A stretch of DNA of 64,000 nt, taken from assembly GCA_051294375.1 (NCBI GenBank), contig CM119265.1:17776403-17840402 (forward strand). Reading direction: 5' to 3'. The stretch is from Paraspadella gotoi (Eukaryota; Animalia; Chaetognatha). The translations under genes and the position numbers were made by a program. The notes beneath the pieces were generated by a model. It did no database searches. It worked only from the letters and a program-made list of their open reading frames with translations, and had not been told where the DNA came from. Shown in pieces: positions 1-12,406 of this stretch; position 1 is the stretch's first letter; every line of letters starts with the position of its first letter.

Positions 1-30
1 TTATTAATTAATTTATTTTTTTCTTTATTT

Positions 31-352
31 CTTTCTTGCTTTTTTGTTTCTCTTTCTTTCTTACTTTTTTGTTTCTCTTTTTTCTTGCTTTTTTGTCTCT
101 CTTTCTTTCTTGCTTTTTTGTCTCTCTTTTTTCTTGCTTTTTTGTCTATCTTTCTTTCTTACTTTTTTGTCTCTCTTTCTTTCTTGATTTTTTGTCTCTC
201 TTTCTTTCTTGCTTTTTTGTCTCTCTTTCTTTCTTCCTTTTTTGTCTCTCTTTCTTTCTTCCTTTTTTGTCTCTCTTTCTTTCTTGCTTTTTTGTCTCTC
301 TTTCTTTCTTGTTTTTTTTTGTCTCTCTTTCTTTATTTCTTTCTTTTCTTGC
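31..352. repeat. Pyrimidine-rich minisatellite, ~29-bp unit (TTCTTGCTTTTTTGTCTCTCTTTCT-like)
   Basis: About 10 imperfect tandem copies are visible directly. They explain the low-complexity F/L/S and K/R/E ORFs in the track. Confidence 0.85.
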
Positions 353-1002
353 TTGTGTTGTCGTTTTCGTACATCGTTTTCGCGGTTTTTCTTCACCAAG
401 AACTGTTACCGTTGCCAGGGCGGCATTTCCCAGTCGCGAAGGAAGCGTCATTTTGTGAGAGAGAGACGCTGAGAACTCGGAGACGGAAAGATCGTCAAGA
501 AAAAAAATTAAAATCAGCGACGATTCCGTAAACGAATCCATTTTTTTTCCTTTCCCGCGTGTGTCATTATTTTTGTCATTTTTTTGCAGTTTTTCTCATC
601 GTTTAACTTTAATTCGAGCCTTTTTGGTGAACGTATACGAGTTAATAATAAAAAAACAATTGAATACGAAGTAATAAGCCGCCTCAAAACAAATAAATAA
701 AAAAAATAGATATAATAAAAATACATTAAAATTAAAATATAAATATAAATTTATATAAGTAAAATAAAAAACCTTTACAAAGCGGAATAGGTATTTTGGT
801 TTATCATAAAAAAAACATTATAAGATATTTTTTCATAACGCGATCGCTTCATACCCCGTTTTATTAATACTAAGTCATTTTTATTTTATGCAAAACTAAC
901 CTCAAAGATCAGTTTGTTTTCAAATAACGAACCGTAAACTCGTCAAATTACCCATGCTTCAATACACTAACAAACAGCCCCTCATACCAAACAACCCTTC
1001 AG

Positions 1003-1435
1003 ATTAAACGACGTTAGGATCGCAGTCGAGGGTCGCGATCTCCTGAGACTCGATATCGATCCATCGTGGGAGGTCGTCCTCGTCGGCGACGCTCTCTACA
1101 CGACCGAACTGTCGACGGACGTGGAGAAGTGGATTAAGCGACTCGTCGACGCCGGCGTCGACGTCCTCATCGGTGAGAAAAGAAAGAAAAGAAATAAAGA
1201 GATGAAAGAAAGAAAGAAAAGAAAAAAAAAAGATAAGAAAGGAAGGCAAACCGAGTCTAACTTTTCAGGTGATCCCGGGCGCAGCACCATTTCCTCGCAG
1301 ATGTATGGATCTCGAATGCGCGTGCAAGCCACTTACCGAATGACTTTTCACACGCGACGCGCCACGGGTGGAACTTGCGTTGATGAATGCCACGTATGGC
1401 GCTGGAGCGACGCAGAATGCGCATGTCCAAGTTGA
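1003..1435 (+). CDS. ETFBKMT: ETF-beta lysine methyltransferase (METTL20 family), last two exons; 5' part not located
   Basis: Exons 1003-1172 and 1269-1435 are joined by a GT-AG intron. They splice to LNDVRIAVEGRDLLRLDIDPSWEVVLVGDALYTTELSTDVEKWIKRLVDAGVDVLIGDPGRSTISSQ...ECHVWRWSDAECACPS*. The motifs W(D/E)xxLxGDxxY and VLIGDPGR match the METTL20 C-terminal half as I recall it. The SAM-binding GxGxG exon is not seen. Confidence 0.85.
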
Positions 1436-1707
1436 ACGTTTTATTAAGCCAACTGAAGTCAGGACGTTTGGATTTTTATTCCGGAGTTGTTACGTTTTAT
1501 TTCAACATTTGGTTAAATAAATTTTTTGGTTCAGAAACCATTTACTGTGTGGCGAAGCCACTTTGTAGATTCTTTGTAGAATCTTTGGCCAAAACGATTG
1601 GCCAGTGGATCTGCTAAATGGCTTCGCAGCAACAGTTTTTTAAAATTACAGATTACTTAAGGCCTCCAACTTTTTTAGTATAATTTTAAGCTTCCGCGAA
1701 AACTTAC

Positions 1708-3707
1708 CTATAACCCAGACGCTCGTGACGATGTGGATCTCAGGAGGCCACGCCGTACGCAAGACGAAATCTGGCGGCTCTGGAACTTCGCGGAAATCCG
1801 CTGAACAGGAAGAAAAAAAGAGTTTTTAAAACATATATTTTTAAGCTTTTTACATGCCAATCACAGAACACAGATAATTTTTAGCCCAATCGTCAGGATT
1901 AAAACTCAAAATAACTGTTTTAAATAAAAATCGTATTAATCAAGCCGCTCTCAACCCGGATCCTAAGTTCCTCTTACGCAAAGCTTTTCAGCGGTTGCAT
2001 CAGCCATTAATTTGTTTAATTTAGTTAGTATTTTAAATACTTGCCTTATAAGAAAACGTTTGAATCGTTGTACTTACTCGAGTTTCCTCCCGCGTCCTCT
2101 AACGGTTTTTTTTTATTGTTTTGTTGGTAGATTTCCCAGGCTTTGCAAAAGTCTCCCTGGGCGAAATCGAAGTTCGCCGTTGACGATACAGCGCTCTGGT
2201 GAATAAAGTGCAGAAAACAGTTATGGGGAATTGGAACTTAACAATTTTATCATTCCATGGCTCAATTCGTCATGAGGTGTGCGATTTATAAACAAATTAA
2301 AGGGTCAGTAGAAAAAAGTGACAAAAGGAACAATTTTGGGCAATGCGAAATTGTAAATCATGCGACGCGTGGAGGTCACAATAAACTCGGAAGTAACAAG
2401 AACCAAAAATAAGAAGTGAACGAGAATAATATTATGAGGGGGATGTCACAAAAAGAGAGCATGCCGTTACGGTTATGTTTTGACAATGAATAAAGTCTAT
2501 TTTTGAAAAACTTGAATAAAAATTACAATTTTAGAAAAACACCAGAATCGGGCAGAATTGTAACAAAAGATAAAGTAACGTTGAGGGATTCAATCCTAAT
2601 TTTTATTTTGTAAAAGGCGTTTAAACATTGAAACTTGAAAGTTTTTTTTAAAAATCCGAGAAATAAACAAAAAAATAACATTCTTAAGATTCAAATAAAA
2701 TACAACCTGTAGCCTCCTTTTCTGAAAACCGTAGGTGTTTTTTGAATAATACATGACAATTTATTCTGTAAGTATCAGCCTAGATATATCAATTACTAAT
2801 TTAAATTTTAAAACAACTGAGACGCCTACAACAATGATTCGAAGATAAACTATTTTCCAACCTGAATTAGCCTTCTTTTCTGAAAGAATATCAATTTTCG
2901 CGAAAGAAGAAATAACATTGATAGATCATGGATTATAGACAGCTGGAATTTCTACAGAAGACTACGATAGCACAGCCAAAATGACCACTGACCAGTCATT
3001 CAATACCCGGTAAAACTTAATTCGGAAATAAACAAAATTAATATTTATCAGCAGTCAATATCATTTCGGATAATTTATTTGTTACAAAGCGAAGCTGGTT
3101 ACGTGTAATGACTCAACTAGGTTGACGCACATTACCTGTCGTGGTGTCGTCGCTTTTACAACTTTCCTCACAGCGATTTGCTTCGATTTTCTGTCGTCCA
3201 AACCGTTCTGAAATTTGTTTTAATTTTGAAAAAAAAGGAAAAAAAGTAGCTAACGGCTAAGGTATCTTCTACAAATATTCTTTGATTTTCAATAAACACG
3301 TCCTCTTGCAATTCTTTTGCAAATGATTTCAACATTTTGACTGGGTCTGAAAGAAATCGTGAACCCCCTAACAGCTTATTTACCATGAAATGATGAATAT
3401 TAGGTAGGTTCCGCTTTACATGCTTAATTAAAAATCAAATAAAATCAGGGTTCACCTGCTGAGCTTCTTGCTTGCAGCACCATTCTTTAAATAGGTCGGC
3501 GAGGCGCCCATGCCTGTCTTTCAGACTATTACAAGAAACGAAAAATTAGGAAGAATAGTACAAATGAGGAAGTAGTGATAGCGTTTTAGTTCGGCTCAAA
3601 AATACCTATCACAGTCGACGGTTGTATCTTCGGCATTGCGAAAAGTTTCGTTGTAAAGCCACTGTTGGTAGTATGCCCACGCTGGGCCGGTTACGTTTTT
3701 GAATTTC
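1708..3707 (-). CDS. Unidentified multi-exon gene, partial model
   Basis: AG/GT-bounded open segments on the minus strand: 3707-3606 (KFKNVTGPAWAYYQQWLYNETFRNAEDTTVDCD), 3525-3456 (LKDRHGRLADLFKEWCCKQEAQQ), 3346-3255 (PVKMLKSFAKELQEDVFIENQRIFVEDTLA), 3207-3136 (NGLDDRKSKQIAVRKVVKATTPRQ) and 1800-1708. Phases are consistent within the first pair and within the second pair, but not fully resolved overall. No family recognised. Confidence 0.45.
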
Positions 3708-4948
3708 CTAATTTATTACCATAATATTATTGTATTATACATATTTTAAATCTATTATATGTATATTATTTATATTATATTATGTGACTTAATATTACTT
3801 TATGTCTGTCACATTTTCATCATTAATATTTCCAACGCAATTGTAATACTGCGAGATCAGAACCGATCATGAAGTCACGGCTGGTGATTTACCCAGACAA
3901 CGCTCAAGATCTTGAATCTCCTTTTATGGCAACAAAAAGGATTGGCCGGGTCGTTCGTCCCAATTGGGCAAAAACCGTAATTGGAAACAATCAGATACTA
4001 ACTATTATTCCCAACTTACAATTGATTTTCGTTGGTAGTATTCTTTTCCGACACGGTAAATAGTATGATTAAGATGAGGAAAGACATGTATGAATAGATT
4101 TGCGTGGTAAATTTGAAACATGGTCTTTGCATCAGCCAGCTCACCTAATGGAAATGAAAAAGTTTTGGATAAACGAGAAATGACAATGGCAATTGGAATT
4201 TGGAAATTGGTTTACTTTCAGTCAACTCTTAAGCCTACTTCGGCTAGTTTATCCTAGCATAATTTTATGAATTTTATAATAAGAAAGACACGAGAAAGCG
4301 AGTAGAACGGTGAAATGACTGGTCTAAAAAGGTAAATTAAATGACGCGAGGTCACAAAATCTTTCAAAGATCAATGTCTCTCGAGCCATTTTAAAAAAGA
4401 AATTTTGTCCATTGAAAGTTTTCTCAGAAATGTATAAAGTTTCGTTGAGGAAGGTTTCCAAATCAAATTTCTGACCCACCCCATTTACATAGTTGGGCTT
4501 TACCACAAGTAAACAAAACATGTTTTAAAAAAAGGAACAAAAAAGGGAAAAAACCAAACTAAAATAAACAGATTTAGATTTTCTCCGATGAATCAACGAT
4601 CCTCTTAGAATTTCCATGTATTCAACTTCCTTAAAGTTAAACCCGCTCTGGCTACGTAACTGAGCCAATCAAAGCTGCCTTTTAAACTCCAGATTCTAAA
4701 CCCCTCTAGCACTAGGGCCCGGGGCCCCGGAAAATTTTTTTCTGGTAAATCCTAAACTAAAGGAAGTTTTTCGAACTTATTGCGTCTTGACAAAAAAAAA
4801 AGGCGCAGAACTTCCCAACTTGTGGATAGAAAAGGATGCGACTAACGTCCTAAAGTAATTTACATACGTATATTACTTCAATTACTTAAAAACGTTACGA
4901 ATATAAAAATAAAAATATTTCCGCCAAAAAACGAAAAAAAGTCTCCGA

Positions 4949-6125
4949 ATGATTTTCGACTTCGCCTCCCGCGACGAAGACGGCGACACGCAACTTCACG
5001 TGGCGGCGCTGACTGACGCCGCCGCCGTCGAAGCCATTGTCCACGCTGCCACAGTGGCGGCGCCTGGCGTCACGAGAACGAGTCATACAGCGAGGACATC
5101 GGCGCCACGAATCACGATGTTTACGCCCACTTACGCGTTTCTGTTTCCGGCCACGCCCACCGTCGCACCGGCGTCGAGGTCTGTTATTCAAATGTCGGCG
5201 TGTACTTTCACTGTAGCGACGAAGCCACCACCGCCGCCTCCCACGCCCGCTCGTATTTCTCCAGCGGCGCCGGAATCGCCGATGCCGATTTCCGAGGCGA
5301 CGAGAGAAAGACTCGACGTCCGCAACAATCTCGGTCAAACGCCGCTGCACTACGCCGTCCTCACCGACTGTCCCCGCGCCGCTGCTGCGCTGATCGCGGG
5401 TGAGTTCGCGACACGGTATTCCTTAAAATGGAACTTCTGAAGCTTCGAAAGATCAGTCTTTTTTTTTTTTTTAAGTTTTTAAGTTTCGTCAGGCGGAGCG
5501 GACTTTGCCGCATGCGATCAAAAAGGAAACACCCCGTTCCATGTCGCTTGCTTGGGTGACAAGGTTCGATGCTTGGCTGTCATGGGCAAGGAAGCGTCGA
5601 AGAGGGGACGTGCAGAATTAAGCGAGGCATTGGATAAAAGGGTGAGTGCTTTATTTATTTATATTATTTATATTAATAAATGAATAAATGAAATAATATA
5701 AAAATAAATAAATATGAATAGCTAATTTTTAAATAAATAAAATTAATAATGAAATAATTAAAATAAATAAATGAATAAATAAATAAATAAAGAGAGAAAA
5801 ATATTAAGTAATTAATTAATTTCTTAATCAATAAAAAAAATAATAACTCAAATCCAAATCCATAAATCAAATTCCTCTTCAAGAACTACGGAGGCAACAC
5901 TTGCGCCATCTTGAGCGTCTTCAGAGGTGGCGTCGACGTGCTGAAGGAACTGGCCTCGCTCGGCGCAGATTTAAACGCCGCCGATCGAAAGTCGGGGAGA
6001 ACGCCTCTGCACCACGCCGTTGAGGCGGGCAAAGAGGGTTAGTGAGATGGTGATGCAGAGAGTGAAAGTTTGAAAGTGATCCAGCTGTAGCGGGGAAAGC
6101 CAATCGCGGAAACAGGAAGTGAGGG

Positions 6126-6193
<68 letters not shown>

Positions 6194-6526
6194 AAGAGAA
6201 GAGAAGAGAAGTGAAGTGCTGTCGATTGTTCCATTTTTATTCCTCTCTTCTTTCCTCCCTTCCCTATTTCCTTTTCCTCGACAGAACTCGTCCTTTTCCT
6301 CCTTAAACATGGCGCCGTCGATGTCAACGCCGCCACTTTCGGTGGCGTCACGCCCACAACGCTCGCCGTCGACCGGAAGCTCCATCGTGTGGCGAGTCTC
6401 TTGAGGGATCACGGTGGCGATGAGAACGACATGGAGGACGAGGATGAAGAGGAGGGGGAGGAGGACGACGACGAGGACGACGGGTTTTACGAGAGGGACG
6501 ACGACGACGAACACGACGAACGATAA
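4949..6526 (+). CDS. IkB-family (Bcl-3/cactus-like) ankyrin-repeat NF-kB inhibitor, 4 exons
   Basis: Exons 4949-5399, 5493-5641, 5884-6037 and 6285-6526 are all GT-AG and in phase. The protein carries IkB-type ankyrin motifs ASRDEDGDTQLHVA, LDVRNNLGQTPLHYAV, DQKGNTPFHVAC, RNYGGNTC, GADLNAADRKSGRTPLHHAVE and DVNAATFGGVTP, then an acidic D/E (PEST-like) tail and TAA. AATAAA follows at ~6681. Confidence 0.9.
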
Positions 6527-6918
6527 ATTTTCGTTCGATTTGGATTAGGGAAATATGAAAGTATTTAAATTATCTAAAGTATTTTAATGTGTGTATGAAT
6601 TTAGATTTTAGAGGATTCACGATTCGTGTACGATTATCACGTCCGGTGTGATTCTTAGAAACGCTTTTAGCAACTCATTAAATAAATAAAGTTTTATTAT
6701 TCATTCAACTCTCTACTTTTAAAAAACGCTTTTTAAAAACATTATTAATAAGCGGAAAAGCTGTAATGTGAAAAAGAAAGTTGTTATTATATAATTCTCA
6801 GCGTCAGTTACTTTTAATTCAAATTTTTTCCGGGAATAAACTCAAAATTCCCAACTTTCCTCGTCAAGCCAGGTTGGAAATAAAATATTTGGTTTTTCCC
6901 CGAATCTTTTTAACGCAC

Positions 6919-9533
6919 CTTTGAGTTGGGAGCGGCGAGCTGGATGAATGACAGAATTGGAAGAAAGATAATATAAAGTCCCATCACGAGTAATTTTTTA
7001 GGCACCTACGTGAGAAAGTTAATTTTTAAGTGTTTCCTATACATGCTTATTTTTGGTTTTCTCTCGATAAAACATAGGAAAAAAATTCAGTTACTTACTG
7101 AAAGTCTTTCAAACATCCTTATGCCCTGATACCACATGATCATGAGTTTTTGTTGGCAGTTTGGATGGGCTACAAACTGTTATTAAAAAGGGAGAAAGCG
7201 GAGCCGCTAGAGATGGTAAACACTAAACAGTTGTTACTCAAGCGTCGATCACAGTGTTCTACCTTTTTTTGTCCATATTGAATGGCCAAATTCAGTCGAG
7301 CCAAAGGTTCGTACATTTCCAAATCTGGAGGCCCTGTTTTATTCAACAAGACGTCCAACTCCTCGTTACCCCTGAGAGAGAGAGAGAGAGAGATCGAGAG
7401 AGAAAAGAAGAGAGAGAGAGAGAGAGAGAGAGAGATATTAACCGGAATAGGTAGGGAAATCCTACAATTATTACCTGCACTTGTCCAACAACTTGACTAC
7501 GTATTCGTTTACTTGGGTGGACAAATCCAGGTACTCACTCTGAATGAGTCATAAAAAAAGATTAATTCAGGGAAACGGGTAATTTATACGTATTTAACTG
7601 AAAATATACGTAGTGCAAAGTGCTTAGGACTGAAAACTAAAATAAATTTAAAGAAACAAGGAAATAAAAAATAACGAGAAGGAAATAAGAATACTGAATC
7701 ATTTCTTTTCGATCCAAAGACAATCGAACGAACTTGACTTTTATTTTTAATCCCAAGGACGAGGGACTCTGCGCCCAGATTGTGAAATTCGCGACGCCCG
7801 TCGGACGATCTTCCGTCTCTTGGGTCCAACGAGGGATTAATCAGACGGAGTTCGACATAAACCTCCGGTCCGGGACAACCAGTGCGGATTGAGATTCTTT
7901 CGGAGAGACCAAACTGAACCCTTTGTTTAACCTCACTGCCCCTTTATCCTCTCCCGCTTCTATTTCTCTTTCCCCTCACGACATTGAGTCCCCTGGGGAG
8001 CCCCCACAACGACCGCCTGGGAACACAGCCCGGTCGACGCCGCCCACCGTCAGCACGCTCTCTGACCCCCCTCCGCCCCGTCCGATGTCCTCTTTCGTCT
8101 ACCGCTAATCCTCCTTTTATGGTCCTTAATTTTCTCTCTTTGGCGCGCCTGTCGCTCTGACGTAGAGACGAGATTCCTCAGCGCGAGTGGCGCCGTCGTC
8201 GCTGACAATCTGCTCCTCAGTCCCCAACGATTTCGAACTCGTTCCTGGCGCCTGCTCGGCCTTAACGCGCGCTCTCACAGAGTAACGATCGGAACGAGAG
8301 GCCGTTAAGCGCAGAGCAGTGTCGACGGTTGGGCCCCTACCTGCGTCGAAAGCACCGAACGGGATTACGTTAGACAGGAAATGGCAACGTCGAGTCGGGA
8401 AAATCATTGTAGAGCCGAAAATGGAAAGATCGAGCCGGAAACGGCAATGTACAGCCGAAAATGGCAACGTCGAGCCGGCGAACTGGAATTTTTGAAATCA
8501 ATCAGAAGCGGTAACGTCAAACCAGTAGAAAGCAAAATCAAATGTTGGAAATGACAAAATCAAGGATATTAAAGACAACAATCATCGGCCTGAGCTCTTT
8601 TTGACAACTTGAAAATGGAACAGCGAAATCATAAACAACGATATTTCCTATTTCGGGCGACAAAACAAAACACGTCAAACTGGAAGCGAAAGGCAGAAAC
8701 CAGACACGCAGGCTATGTCGATGTGACAACGTCAGACCGGATGTCAAATCGGAGGTAGAAATAGAAGGAAACGCAAAAAACGGCAAACAGGAACGGAGTG
8801 CGTCAGAATTCGAAGTGGGAGAAATTTACGAGTCTCGTTCATGTTTTTTTTGCAGAATCATCATTGAAGACCAACGAAAAAAATCGGAGCACAAAAGATG
8901 CAAACAAGAGAGGAAGTAAATAATATTCCCTCCCAAAAAAAAGATGAAAAAATTAAAAAAACTTAAAAAAAAAATCTTAAAATCATAAGGATCGAGCCTG
9001 CTTTCGATGGTAACCAAAATATTGATGCGATGATAACCAATATTGATGCGATATAACCAATAATTGATGCGATGATAACAAAATAACTGATGTGATGATA
9101 ATCAAAATGATTGATGCGATGATAGTCATTCATTGATGTGATGATAATCATTCATTGATTTGATGATAATCATTCATTGATACGATGATAGTCATTCATG
9201 ACGCGATGAATCATTCATCGTAAATAAAACAACAAAAGCGTGTATGAATAAGAGAGAGAGAGAGAGAGAGAGAGGCTAGTCAGTTTTCACTCTCGTTTAT
9301 ATAAAGAATAATCAGAATTTTTAGGAAAAAAATCGACGAAAATCTCGGATGTAAATTTGGGATTTTGTATTGAGAAAAAAGCGCGGAATAAATGGCGGAA
9401 TAAAATAAAAAAAAAAAAAATCCACGAAAATCTCGGATGTAAATTTGGGATAATGGTGATAATAAAAGTTTTTAGAAGGAAAAAAATAATCAGAATTTTT
9501 CAAAAAAACAAACGATCACGCAAGAAATCGTAC

Positions 9534-9564
<31 letters not shown>

Positions 9565-11318
9565 GTCACCAGAGAGAGACAGACAGAGAGAAACAAAGCT
9601 GGACAGCTGCTGGAAGGCCGCTGTACAGTCACTGCAGAGACTGAACTCGTTTTTAAAAAAAAAAGAAAAAAAAAGAGAAAAAAAAAAAAATATATATATA
9701 ATTTAAAGAAATAAAAGAAAGGCAAAAATGATGTTACAATTGTTTACAATTGGAAATTTTTCCAATTTTTTCCAATCGCAGCTTGTAAAAGATTTTATTT
9801 TTATTTGTATTAAAATTAAGAATATAGCTTCTCATTAAAAAGATATTTTGAGTTCCCATTTTTATTATATTTTTTAAAAAAATTTTTTGAATTTCATCTT
9901 CATCATACTAATTTGGATATTATAATGAGTATTTTAATCTCATTTGCATATTGCAGTAAATCATTATGAAGTGGAAATTCAAACAAAAAATACTTAAATC
10001 CAAATTTAATATGAAAATATCACAGCTATTTCAAGATGAAAAGCCATAAATAAATTTTTAACTTACTATGATCGCACACTTTTGTAAAACTTTATCATAA
10101 TTCATAATAATTTTTATTTAAAAAAAACCGGTAAGTCACAGCCAAACCTATAAAAGCGTAGTAGTTTTTATACAAAAAAGCGTGACGGACGACGACGACG
10201 ACGACGACGACGACTACGTCACAAAGAAGCAACCCTAAAACATTATAGAGCCTGACCCAGCTTCGCCGGTCAAGGCTCGATAAAAAGGAGATTGGTTTCG
10301 AATTTTGGTTGTTCAACTTCAAAATTTTAGGTCTCTTTTCAAAAAGAGCCCCCTAATCACTAAGCTAATCCTTAACCCTAATCACCCTAATTAGTAATCA
10401 ATAACCTAATTTTTTGACCTAAAAACTATTTTAATTCCAAATTTAGATGAAATAAAATGAAATAAGGCCAAAATTTTACCCAACAACAAATATGAAAGTA
10501 AAGTAAAAAAAGTAATCGAAGTATAACTCTCTTTTCTCATATCAAACAACAACAAGAAAAAAAAGAAACGACCAATGTTTTGTTCACCTTAAAATGTTTC
10601 TCAACATGAGAAAGATGCACAAGTTCTTCGCTTAACTCAAACGCCGTCAGAATTGGGTCTTTGCTTGTTAACGAGATGTAAGCTTCGCTGGACAGACCTT
10701 TGTATGCGTTTAACCTTGCCTGAGGTTGGAAGAGAAAATGAATCTGTTGCATCTGAACGACAAACGCTGAATAAAATATCGCGTGACCTTAACAAAAAAA
10801 ATTAAAAATAAAACCGTGATTTAAAAATAGATTAGATTTAAAAAAAAACTATTTTCTAAAACTAAGTTAGCAAAGACATCAAAGATAACTTTCCCCTATA
10901 TAGTCGGTAAATGCCGAAAGGACTAAAAAATTGAAAACAACAAAAAGGAATTTGTACTGTCCGAACAGTGAATTGATACCTGTGAACGCCTTAGAGCATC
11001 CCTTTCTACTTCGAGCATGCATTCTGCACAACCGCACGTGTGCTTGTGGGGAACCGGAATCGTTATGCCTCGCATCAAGAGGAGTTTCACCACGTCGTAC
11101 CTGAAAAAGGAAAAAAACCAAAAAAAACTGTAAAAAAAAAGGCTTAAATTGGAGTCGCGTCTCTACTTACATGTTGAACGTTGCCGCGTGGATCAAAGAC
11201 ACGGTCGCCGGCGAAAGCTCCTCTGATGGACGATTTGCTTTTGGGCCCTGGGGAGGGAAGGATTTCGGGTCGAAAATGGGGGGTAGGGCGAGTTGATATG
11301 AGAGAGAGGAGATGAAGC

Positions 11319-11356
<38 letters not shown>

Positions 11357-11740
11357 TAAAAACGATGATATTGTAAGATTTAAACGAAGCTGGAAGAAAA
11401 ATAAATTTCTTTAACCAAATTATTGCTAAACTCGAAATCGCTTATTCATCAGTATAGAAAAAAATGCAAATTTTTATCAGTGTGGGTAAGGGCGACCGTG
11501 AATTTATATGATTGTTCAAAATAATAATTTTTGTAATGATAGGCAGCGGATCATATGATGTAGTTACTTTTGACTTAATTTTTAAAATACTCAATGTCTG
11601 TGCATCTAAGTGTTCCTGTTAGTGCACCTGGTAATATCAGTCAGTGACTTACGATTAGAATTCGAACTTTTTTTAATATATATCTAGAAAGTAATTAATC
11701 GGAGAGAAAGCGAGATTAAATGGAATGTAATATAATTATC

Positions 11741-11786
<46 letters not shown>

Positions 11787-12017
11787 AATAAATACCTGCA
11801 TCGTCATATGAAGAGCAAGGAGTTCTGCTGGATTCAGAACGTTTTTGCGATTCCATTGCGCTGATGGAAGATGACAATGACAATAACGACGATGACAGTT
11901 ACGAGAGAAGAACCGGAGATGGGTCGGGGGCGATGACAACGAGAACGACGACGACGCAAGAGCGCCCCCGAGTGATTGAAGAGGGAAAAATTTGTTTACG
12001 ATAAAGTAACAAGTTCC

Positions 12018-12070
<53 letters not shown>

Positions 12071-12318
12071 AGCCGTCGGGAAGAGAAATGATGATGGGAG
12101 GGATCAATAGGAAATCCGAAGGTGAGGAAAAGCGATAAAAGCGATAACGTGCAGCAGCAGATAACCGTTTCGGTAGGAAGTTTCCGGAGGGGGGGGGCAT
12201 TGAAGAGGTAGGTAGGGAGAGGGAGAAGAAGGGAGGTCGAAGAAATGAGGGATAGAAGTCGAGGAAAGATAAACGGAGTCATTCGAGAAAAAAAAAAGAA
12301 ACGCAAATTGATTGATTG

Positions 12319-12406
<88 letters not shown>

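Noticed and set aside
36-541. Long F/L/S-rich and K/R/E-rich ORFs (also at 12.1, 27.6, 34.0, 37.5, 38.2 and 49.1 kb)
   Set aside because: They are translations of minisatellite or (GA)n microsatellite sequence, open on both strands.
1004-1249. Minus-strand ORF (…DEDVDAGVDESLNPLL…)
   Set aside because: Antisense shadow of the ETFBKMT exon, which has proper splice sites and family motifs on the + strand.
4807-4816. kB-like site (GGGAAGTTCT on the minus strand) upstream of the IkB-like gene
   Set aside because: Two mismatches to GGGRNWYYCC, and such matches are expected by chance. Autoregulation cannot be claimed.
9005-9218. Regularly repeated ~22-bp unit considered as a CRISPR-like array
   Set aside because: Units are contiguous with no unique spacers, there are no cas genes, and it lies in a eukaryotic intron.
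10350-10410. CCCTAA-like telomeric motifs
   Set aside because: Only a few scattered, degenerate units; not an interstitial telomere array.
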